Source of the DNA: Trueperaceae bacterium
GTDB taxonomy: Bacteria; Deinococcota; Deinococci; Deinococcales; Trueperaceae
Direction: 5' to 3'
Length of the DNA: 64,000 nt
Assembly: GCA_965215565.1 (NCBI GenBank)
Contig: CBDCDZ010000004.1
Coordinates: forward strand, 3,488,001 to 3,552,000
The stretch's first letter is position 1; the number at the start of each line of letters is the position of its first letter. The notes beneath the pieces were generated by a model. The model was not told the origin of the DNA. It was given only the letters and a program-made list of their open reading frames with translations, and did not search any database. The position numbers and the translations under genes are program-made. This document shows positions 56,223-64,000 of the stretch, piece by piece.

Positions 56223-58169
56223 ATGGCAAAGCTCAAAGCTGAGAGCCTCTTTGACCTCACTTTCATCTCTGACCCCCAGCTCAGCCCGGACGGGAAACGC
56301 GCCGCCGCTGTGCACACCGTGATCAAACCAGCCGACGAGGAAGATAAGCCACCGCGCTACGTCAGCCACCTCTTCCTCTACGACACGAGCACAGGAGAAG
56401 CGGTGCAACTCACGCATTCAGGTGACGCGAACACACGCCCACGTTTCTCCCCGGACGCCTCACAACTCGCCTTTTTATCCAAGCGAAGCGGGGACGATAA
56501 GGCGCAGCTCTACACGATGCCCCTCACGGGCGGCGAGGCGCGGCGGCTCACCGACTTTAAGGCGGGCGTGTCCGAATTCGTTTGGCATCCGGGTGGGGAC
56601 ATCGCGTTCGTCTCGAGGGGCGACGATGAGGACGCGCGGCAGAAGAAGGGTCTACCTCTTACCGTCAAACAGATGACCTATAAGTTCGATGGGGCGGGCT
56701 TCTTGCCGTCAGAGCCCGCTCAGATTTACCTCTACCGTTTCGGCAAAGATAAGAGTAAAAAGCTCAGCAAGCTTAAAAGCAACCCGAGCAGCCTAGCGTT
56801 CAGCCCGGACGGGGAGACGCTCTACTTCAGCGGCGCGAAAAACCCGGACGAAGTGGACGCCTGGCGGAGTAACATCTGGCGGATGCCGGCGAGTGGCGGC
56901 AAGGCGAAGTCGCTCGCGGAGAACATCAACATGGCGTTCCTGCCGAGCCCTAGCCCGGACGGAGCGCACGTCGCCTTCTTCGGTCCCGTTGACCAAGCCG
57001 TCTTCGCCAGCCCGACGGGACTCTGGCTCGTCGCGGCTGAGGGCGGTGAGGCGACGCTGCTCACCCCTGACTTGGAGGCGCTGCCCTCCATCGGCGGCGA
57101 CAGCAAGTACGGGGCACTCCCCAACGCGCCCGTGTGGTCCGAGGACAGCAAAACCCTCTTTTTCAACGCCAACCGCGAGGGACGGAGCGGTTTGACGAAG
57201 CTCGAGTTGGACACGCGCAAGCTCAGGCAGCTTCACAAAGAGGACCGCGTCATGACGAGCTTTGCGGGCGCGGACGGGCGCTTCGTCTTCACCGCCGAGA
57301 CGCCTGACACACCTGGCGAACTCTTTTTCCGGGACGGGCGTGGCAAGGAGACGAAGCTGAGCAACGTCAATGCGACGTTTTTAGAGACGTACCGCATCAC
57401 CCAGGCGAGCAAACCCCAACGCGCCAAAGCGAAGGGCGGACCCCGCCTCACCTACTGGACTATGGAGCCGGAGAAGCCGCGCAAAGACAACGCGCTCGTC
57501 TTGCAAGTACATGGCGGACCCCACACAAACTACGGCTACGGCTTCTACTTCGAATTTCAACTGCTCGCCTCGGCGGGCTACACCGTCGTCTACGGCAACC
57601 CGAGAGGCTCGTCGAGTTACGGCGCGGACTTCGGCGGCGCGATGTTGGGCGGCTACGGCACTGTGGACGCCGACGACGTGCTCGCCATCGCCCACGCTGC
57701 TAAAAACCATACAGACCCCGACGCGCCCATGCACCTCACGGGCGGCTCGTACGGCGGCTTCATGACGAACTGGCTCGTGGGTCACACGGACGAGTTTAGC
57801 TCAGCCGTGACCCAGCGCAGCATCAGCAACTGGCTGTCGTTCTACGGTACCTCGGACATCGGCTACAAGTTCAGCGACGTCGAGGTGGCGGGCAATCCGT
57901 GGGAACACACCGACAAGCTCTGGGCGCAGAGCCCCATAAAGTACGTCGCTGAGGTCAACACGCCGCTCCTCATCCTCCACGCCGAAGAGGACCACCGCTG
58001 CCCCGTCGAGCAAGCCGAACAGCTCTACATCGCGCTCAAAACACTCGGCAAGGAAACGAAGTTCATCCGCTTCCCAGACGAAGGACACGAGCTGTCGCGC
58101 TCGGGCAGACCGGACAGGCGGGTGGCGCGTTTAGAGGCGATTTTAGCGTGGTTCGAGGAACACGCTTAG
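56223..58169 (+). CDS. S9 family peptidase (acylaminoacyl-peptidase)
   Basis: Beta-propeller SPDG repeats, HGGP, GGSYGG, D.RCP, EGH. Confidence 0.95.
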   Translation: MAKLKAESLFDLTFISDPQLSPDGKRAAAVHTVIKPADEEDKPPRYVSHLFLYDTSTGEAVQLTHSGDANTRPRFSPDASQLAFLSKRSGDDKAQLYTMPLTGGEARRLTDFKAGVSEFVWHPGGDIAFVSRGDDEDARQKKGLPLTVKQMTYKFDGAGFLPSEPAQIYLYRFGKDKSKKLSKLKSNPSSLAFSPDGETLYFSGAKNPDEVDAWRSNIWRMPASGGKAKSLAENINMAFLPSPSPDGAHVAFFGPVDQAVFASPTGLWLVAAEGGEATLLTPDLEALPSIGGDSKYGALPNAPVWSEDSKTLFFNANREGRSGLTKLELDTRKLRQLHKEDRVMTSFAGADGRFVFTAETPDTPGELFFRDGRGKETKLSNVNATFLETYRITQASKPQRAKAKGGPRLTYWTMEPEKPRKDNALVLQVHGGPHTNYGYGFYFEFQLLASAGYTVVYGNPRGSSSYGADFGGAMLGGYGTVDADDVLAIAHAAKNHTDPDAPMHLTGGSYGGFMTNWLVGHTDEFSSAVTQRSISNWLSFYGTSDIGYKFSDVEVAGNPWEHTDKLWAQSPIKYVAEVNTPLLILHAEEDHRCPVEQAEQLYIALKTLGKETKFIRFPDEGHELSRSGRPDRRVARLEAILAWFEEHA

Positions 58170-59165
58170 ATGGACTCGAAAGCATCCGTGTCTGAAGTGG
58201 ATATTCTATACCACTACACCTCACTTGAGACCTTCTATGCGATTGCGGAAAACAAAGAAGTTTGGGCAAGCGATATCAAATACATGAATGATGCAACGGA
58301 ATTCCAATACGGTCTTGAGTTGGCTGAAGAGGTATTTCGCGATTTGAGCAGTAAAGGTAGTATTGCTGTTAGCGTAGAAGACGATGACGATTCAGTGAAA
58401 TCCGAAATAGAAGGATTTTTGAAGTATGTTTTGCGGGAAGGCTTCTCGAACTTGCAAGCGTACATCTTTTCGCTTACTCGAAGAGGTGATCTTCTTAGCT
58501 AGTGGCGTGCGTACTGTCCAAATGGAGGTGTAAGTATTGGTTTTAGCAGGAAGGCGCTTGAGCGACTAGCACAGCAGCAGAGATTCAAGCTGGTTGAGTG
58601 TGTTTATTTAGAAGCTGAGCAGAGGAAGAGGTTAGAAGAGATAATGAGGGGAGAAATCCCGCAGAGCAATGACCTTTCTTCGTTCTATCGCGTTTTCCTG
58701 GAAACCATTGCTACCTTTAAGGACAACTCATTTCGGGAAGAGGAAGAGTTTAGGTTAATTAGTGAACCACAGGAAATTGTACGGACAACTGATGCTCGTC
58801 CTACGTTAAACAACCATACTTTTGATACTCCTTACCCACCTAAATGGAGGGCGCAAGGCAGTATGTTCATTCCTTACACAAAGATTGCACTGTCTAATTT
58901 AGATAGTGAGAAGTTAGAGAAAAGACATCCAAGGTTATCTCCTCAAGAGAAAGGGCAAATGCGCTTACCGCTAAGTGATAGCGAGTGGATGTACGGAGAA
59001 TATCCATTTAGGAGAATTGTTGTTGGTCCTTCAACGCATCAAGGTTTAACAGTTGAGGCTCTTCAAGGCTATCTCGATGAGAATATGAGAGTTAAAGGGC
59101 ATGGCTTGGATGTAACAAGCCAAATTAGAGCTGATCCTTCTACCATCCCCTACAGAGCTAAATGA
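58170..59165 (+). pseudogene. DUF2971-like protein interrupted by an in-frame TAG
   Basis: LYHYTS, MND..E, DLLS*WRAY, GVSIGF, FK...F.EE.EFRL, IVVGP all in one frame with a single stop at 58500-58502. Confidence 0.8.
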
Positions 59166-59209
59166 CTTGCTGCGAGGAATAGATTTCGGTAAATTTCTCC
59201 AGTATCCTT

Positions 59210-61612
59210 TTAGTTGGAGGCAGGCTCGAGCCTCAACACCCCAATCATCCCCCGCTCAACCCCTTCTCGGTCGTTCGGGATAGAGATGTACTCAACGTCG
59301 CGCCAGCGTTTCGTGAAGTCGCGGTAGTGCTTTGAAAAGACGTTCCCCGACTGACCCGTGGTGTGCATGAACTGAGAGCGGTCAAGGTCCGCGAGGTCAT
59401 ACACCGCTCTATATCCCGGTCCGGCGGTCTGCTCATAACTTCCGCCGATATCGAAGCGCGCCGCGTTGACCGTGAAGGGGCCGCCGCCGTTCGGGATGGT
59501 GATGTTGAACAGCCTGCCGAGCGGCGTGTCACCCAAGACGGGATGGTCGTTGTCGGCGTAGTGCGCGTCGCCCCAGCGCCAAGCGTCCAAGTTATTACCG
59601 TAGCCCTCTTGTAGCGTGGACAGCGCGCGTTCAAACGCAGCCGCGCTCTGCGCCGAACACGTCTCTTTGACCTCGGTGCGGATGTCGTCGCACCACTCGG
59701 GTTTAGACCGAAACACCTCACGGATGACGAGCGGGCGAAAGCCCCAGTAGTCGTCAAAGAGGTCGCCCAACTCGTCCTCGTACACGAGCTGGGTCAGTTC
59801 CGCGTACCACGCTTCGAAGAGGAGGGGTTCGGGTGCGCCCCGCGCCATCGTTCCGTCCCAGCCGAGCAATCTGGCTTGCGCGTCCCTCAGGGTTTGGTCT
59901 TCTAGAGGCGTATTCAGGAGTATCTGCACGAATTCTCGAGCCATCAACGAGGTTTGGTCCGCCTGGATGCGGCGAAAGCTCTTTAAAGAGTGCGCGTCGG
60001 TGTTGTCTAACAGGGCGGTGATGCGCTCGGCGCGGTAGGGGTCCGCCCACTCGGAGGTCAGGAAGTAGGGGTAGTCGTCGCTGACGATCTTGTGGTTCGC
60101 CGTCATAATTTGATTTGATGTTGGATTAAAGGTGTGCGGCAACTCTTCGAAGGGGATAAAGCCCGTCCAGTCGTATTCGCCCGACCAACCGGGCACAGGG
60201 ACGAGACCGTCGCCCGAGGCGCGCACGGGCACGCGGGCGGGCGCGTAGAACCCGATATTACCCTCTACGTCGGCATAAACGACGTTTTGCTGCGGCGAGT
60301 GAAAGTCGCGCAGGGCGTTCTCGAACTCGTCCCAGTTGCGCGCGCGGTTGAGCGCCAAGCCTGCTTGCATGGAGAGGTCGTCATCTCTCAGCGTCGTCCA
60401 GGCGAAGGCGAGGGCGTAGCGTTCCCCTTCGGCTTCTTCGCCCTGTGTGGCTTGCGCTATCCTCTCCGCGTTCGCGTTCACGTCCGAAATAATGGGGCCG
60501 TGGCGGCTCTCGCGCACCTCTAAAAGTACGTCGTCGCCCCCCTTGACCTTGATGATTTCGCTGCGGCGGACGAATTCTTCGGTTCCATCTGGCGTTTCGT
60601 AAGCGTCCGGGTCCTCGTCGATACGCTCGATGAAGAGGTCTTGCGTGTCCGGTCCGGTGTTGGTGAAGCCCCACGCGACTTTGTCGGTGCGCCCGAGCAC
60701 CGCGATGGGCAGCCCCGGCAGCGTTGCGCCGCTCACCTCCAAGCCGGGCGCGCTCAAGTGCGCGAAGTACCACAGTGAAGGCGCTTGCAGTTGCAGGTGC
60801 GGGTCGTTCGCTAAGAGGGGCAGCCCCGTCACGCTCTTCTCGCCACTCACCACCCAGTTGTTCGAGCCGGTGCCGGGGGGTAGCGGCTTAGGCGACGTCG
60901 CCCACAGCTCGGCGAGCGGTAAATCTTCATCCATCTCTTTGTAGAGGGCGCGAAAGTCGGGCAGGGCGATGGGCGCGTCACCGGGATAGGGCGGGAAGAG
61001 GTCGGCGACTTGTTCACTAGATAGATGCGTGAGGAGCCGCGCCCGCAAAAGTTCGTCGTCCCAGTTGCCCGAGAGGTCCCACGACAACATCTTTTGCCAC
61101 ACGAGCGTGTCGGCAGGCAGCCAGGCTTCGGGTTCGTAACCGAGAATCAGAAATTCGGGCGGCAGCGGTCCGCGCCGCGTGTCCAGAAACGAATTGACGC
61201 CCGCTGTGTAGGCGAGGAGCGCCCCTTGCGTCTGCGCGTTGAGATTCTCAAAGGTGCGCTCCGCCGCGCGGTAGACGCCCAAGGTGCGCAAAAACTTATC
61301 TGTCTCCAAGGGTGCCTCGCCGAGCACCTCCGAAAGCCTACCCGCGCCCACGCGCCGCTGAAAGTCCATCTGCCAGAGCCTATCTTGCGCGTGGACGAAG
61401 CCGAGCGCGAAGTAGGCGTCTTCGGCTGACGCCGCGTAGATGTGCGGCACAGCGTTCGCGTCGCGCACGATGTCGACGGGCGCGTTCAACCCGGCTAGCG
61501 TCAGCTCGCCCGAGGTTTTGGGCAGCGAGCCCCTGAGCCAGATGAAGATGCCGAGCAGGACGATGAGGAGCGCCACCAGTACCCAGGCTGCGCCGCGCAA
61601 AAGATATGCCAT
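59210..61612 (-). CDS. Penicillin acylase family (Ntn hydrolase) protein
   Basis: PHIYA, AQDRLWQM, GSNNW, LANDPHL, GQSG. Confidence 0.95.
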   Translation of the reverse strand: MAYLLRGAAWVLVALLIVLLGIFIWLRGSLPKTSGELTLAGLNAPVDIVRDANAVPHIYAASAEDAYFALGFVHAQDRLWQMDFQRRVGAGRLSEVLGEAPLETDKFLRTLGVYRAAERTFENLNAQTQGALLAYTAGVNSFLDTRRGPLPPEFLILGYEPEAWLPADTLVWQKMLSWDLSGNWDDELLRARLLTHLSSEQVADLFPPYPGDAPIALPDFRALYKEMDEDLPLAELWATSPKPLPPGTGSNNWVVSGEKSVTGLPLLANDPHLQLQAPSLWYFAHLSAPGLEVSGATLPGLPIAVLGRTDKVAWGFTNTGPDTQDLFIERIDEDPDAYETPDGTEEFVRRSEIIKVKGGDDVLLEVRESRHGPIISDVNANAERIAQATQGEEAEGERYALAFAWTTLRDDDLSMQAGLALNRARNWDEFENALRDFHSPQQNVVYADVEGNIGFYAPARVPVRASGDGLVPVPGWSGEYDWTGFIPFEELPHTFNPTSNQIMTANHKIVSDDYPYFLTSEWADPYRAERITALLDNTDAHSLKSFRRIQADQTSLMAREFVQILLNTPLEDQTLRDAQARLLGWDGTMARGAPEPLLFEAWYAELTQLVYEDELGDLFDDYWGFRPLVIREVFRSKPEWCDDIRTEVKETCSAQSAAAFERALSTLQEGYGNNLDAWRWGDAHYADNDHPVLGDTPLGRLFNITIPNGGGPFTVNAARFDIGGSYEQTAGPGYRAVYDLADLDRSQFMHTTGQSGNVFSKHYRDFTKRWRDVEYISIPNDREGVERGMIGVLRLEPASN

Positions 61613-61762
61613 GATGAGGTTAGTCTAACAGTTGAGTTGTAGTTTAGGCGTGTAGATGCACGCGAAGATAGGCAAGCTGCACCGCTTTTTCTTCCACTAC
61701 ACCTCTCGCAACGCTCGAGTCTAGCCACAGTATTCTTCTACGTTCTACCTTACGCTTAGCCT

Positions 61763-62419
61763 ATGACTCCTCCCGACTTATCCAGAGGCTGGCGTGACGT
61801 CAGCGTCACCGTCCGCACCGGCTTACCCGTGTGGCCTGGCAACCCGAGCGTAGACCTCACGCCCGTCCAGTCCTTCCCGCAGGGCGACGAGGTCACGATT
61901 TCCAAGCTCTCGCTAGGAGCGCACACGGGCACGCACATGGACGCGCCTCTGCACTTCATCCAGGCGGGCAAGACCATTGACGAGGTGCCCCTAGAGATTG
62001 GCTTAGGCAGCGCGCGGGTCATCGAAATCGAAAACCAAGAGGTCATCACCGTAGAGGAGTTGGAGAAACACACTATTGGAGCAGGTGAACGCCTCCTGTT
62101 CAAAACGCACAACTCAGCGCGTGACCTCTTTGCGAAAGACGACTTTACCGAGGACTACGTTTACATCTCAACCGAAGCGGGCGAGTACCTCGCGGATAAG
62201 GGCGTGATGCTCGTCGGCGTGGACTATATCTCGGTGGGCGGCTACCAGAAGAACGCGCCCGAGGTGCACCGCGCCCTGCTCGGCAACGGTGTGTGGATTG
62301 TCGAGGGGTTGGGGCTATCCCAAATCTCACCCGGCGCGTACGACTTGCTCTGCTTGCCGCTCAAACTCAAAGGGCTCGAGGCGTCCCCCGTCCGCGCTCT
62401 ATTGCGTGCTCGAGGCTAG
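61763..62419 (+). CDS. Cyclase family protein (kynurenine formamidase-like)
   Basis: HTGTHMDAPLHF, VGVDYISV, IVEGL, SPVRA. Confidence 0.92.
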   Translation: MTPPDLSRGWRDVSVTVRTGLPVWPGNPSVDLTPVQSFPQGDEVTISKLSLGAHTGTHMDAPLHFIQAGKTIDEVPLEIGLGSARVIEIENQEVITVEELEKHTIGAGERLLFKTHNSARDLFAKDDFTEDYVYISTEAGEYLADKGVMLVGVDYISVGGYQKNAPEVHRALLGNGVWIVEGLGLSQISPGAYDLLCLPLKLKGLEASPVRALLRARG

Positions 62420-62570
62420 GTTCTGCGTAGCACGTTCCTTTGAGTTTCGTCGTGCTGGATGGAGAAGCAAGAAGAGGGGAAGCCGGACGTGCGGTTGGCT
62501 GCTCTTGTAAGAGGTCTAGTTACTCGTACAAGCTGCTGTGCCGCGTCGGAGGAGAACGGTAAGCTGTTCT

Positions 62571-63497
62571 ATGGATTTACCTCCCGTTCCGAAGGGCGTG
62601 GCTCGAGCCTTCACCCCCGCCCACGTTCCCTTGCCGCTACCCGAAGAACACCGCTTCCCTATCTCGAAGTACGCCCGGCTCGCCGAGAAGTTGCGCGCGT
62701 TGGGTTGGCAAGTCGATAACGCGCCGAGTGCGCCGCTAGAGGACCTTGAGCGCGTCCACACGAAAGACTATCTTCACGCGCTGAAAACGTGCACGCTGGA
62801 CCGCAAAGCCGAGCGCAAACTGGGCTTTCCGCAATCCGCAGCGCTGTGGCAGCGCTCCTTACATAGCGTCGGCGGCACGCTTGCGGCGTTTCACGACGCC
62901 CTAGAAAGAGGGTACGGCGTCAACTTAGCAGGCGGCACGCACCACGCCTATCCGGGTCACGGCGAGGGGTTCTGCGTCTTCAACGATTACGCCGTTGCGA
63001 TTCGCCGCGCGTTTCACTACGGTCTCGCGGAGAAGTTCTTCGTCATCGACTTAGACGTGCATCAGGGTAACGGTACGGCGAAGATATTTGGGGGCGACGA
63101 TAGCGTCTTCACGCTGAGCGTGCACGGCGCGCGCAACTATCCCTTTCAAAAGGAGCGGAGTAACCGCGATATTCCTCTAAGTGATGGGATAGAGGACGAA
63201 GAGTATCTCGAGCTGATCCGCGCCGAACTCCCGCCCCTCATGCAAGAGGTGGGACCGGACGTAATGCTTTACATCGGCGGCGTGGACGTACTAGCGAGTG
63301 ACCGCTTCGGGCGCATGGCGCTCTCTCAAGAGGGCGTAAAGCAGCGGGACCGCTTCGTGTTCGAACTCTGCAAAAGCGCGGACGTACCCCTCGTCTACAC
63401 GATGGGCGGCGGCTACCAAAAAGACATCGAGGTGACGCTAGCGGGGCATGTGGCGGGGCTGCAGGAGCTTAGAGAGGTGATGGTTGATGTCTCCTAG
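62571..63497 (+). CDS. Histone deacetylase family protein
   Basis: HRFP..KY, GGTHHA, GFCVFND, DLDVHQGNG, GGGY. Confidence 0.93.
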   Translation: MDLPPVPKGVARAFTPAHVPLPLPEEHRFPISKYARLAEKLRALGWQVDNAPSAPLEDLERVHTKDYLHALKTCTLDRKAERKLGFPQSAALWQRSLHSVGGTLAAFHDALERGYGVNLAGGTHHAYPGHGEGFCVFNDYAVAIRRAFHYGLAEKFFVIDLDVHQGNGTAKIFGGDDSVFTLSVHGARNYPFQKERSNRDIPLSDGIEDEEYLELIRAELPPLMQEVGPDVMLYIGGVDVLASDRFGRMALSQEGVKQRDRFVFELCKSADVPLVYTMGGGYQKDIEVTLAGHVAGLQELREVMVDVS

Positions 63498-63537
63498 AGG
63501 ATAGTCTGACTATCTGTTCCAATACCGAGAGGGAACC

Positions 63538-63596
63538 AGCAATGAGTTGAAAGTAGAAAACCTTACGCCTTTGCTCATTGCTTTCAACTCATTGCT
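63538..63596. repeat. Family D hairpin repeat
   Basis: 16-bp perfect inverted repeat AGCAATGAGTTGAAAG / CTTTCAACTCATTGCT between convergent genes. Confidence 0.8.
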
Positions 63597-63639
63597 TCCT
63601 TGCGCAATCGCCCGCCCATCAAGCTGCAAACTGCGCACC

Positions 63640-63999
63640 TCAGCTATTCAAGTTATACGTCAAAAACATCGCCGCTTCCTCCTCGCCGTAGTCCATCAAG
63701 TCGCGAATGAACCCCGGACGGCGGTCTAATTTGCTCGCGTAGTCGAGGTCGCGGTCCATGATGATGCGCCGGGTGCGGACTTGGCGGTAGCCGTCGCCTG
63801 TGAGACTACCTTCAGCGATGAGGTCGTTCATGCGCTCGATGAACTGCAGGTCGCGCTCCAAAGAGAGATTGCCGATGAGTTCGTTATGCCTGTCGGTGAT
63901 CTCCGCGAAGGAGCGCGGCGGCTCGGGGCGCGTTTTCGGGTTGATCTGCACCACCCATAGCTCGTCGGGGCGCGCGTCCAAGAGGCTCAAGAGGGGCGG
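63640..63999 (-). CDS. Patatin-like phospholipase family protein, C-terminal part (5' end outside window)
   Basis: VVQINP...P....EI.DR.NE...N.SL..., SKLD....F...L...G pattern; frame open to the window edge. Confidence 0.65.
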   Translation of the reverse strand, partial: PPLLSLLDARPDELWVVQINPKTRPEPPRSFAEITDRHNELIGNLSLERDLQFIERMNDLIAEGSLTGDGYRQVRTRRIIMDRDLDYASKLDRRPGFIRDLMDYGEEEAAMFLTYNLNS

Positions 64000-64000
64000 G

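Overview
GC-rich (~60%) bacterial chromosomal segment, most consistent with Deinococcota (Truepera-like). This is an inference from gene content (CarD, two Uma2 nucleases, treY/treZ) and from many start codons sitting 5-9 nt after a TANNNT -10 box with no Shine-Dalgarno sequence. About 55 mostly housekeeping or metabolic CDSs are present, including plsX, an RluA-family synthase, purF/purL, modABC, fbp/fbaB, ychF, hom/thrC, rsmA, carD, paaZ, treY/treZ, birA, sppA, two-component regulators and peptidases. I found no rRNA, tRNA, CRISPR array, cas gene, transposase or phage gene. The notable signal is non-coding. Intergenic DNA holds more than 20 copies of at least six dispersed repeat families. 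The main family is a TA-bounded element of fixed 111 bp length whose 13-bp stem shows compensatory changes and G-U-type substitutions biased to one strand; a 248-bp long form is also present. Other observations: CTCGAG is over-represented roughly 6-fold (HIP1-like), three tandem DnaA boxes lie inside a K+ channel CDS, there is a candidate ~57-nt sRNA, and a small orphan ORF has twin operators. Three genes look damaged: a frameshifted vapC, an amber-interrupted DUF2971 gene and an SDR lacking its catalytic Tyr. All calls come from reading the sequence by eye; no database searches were run.
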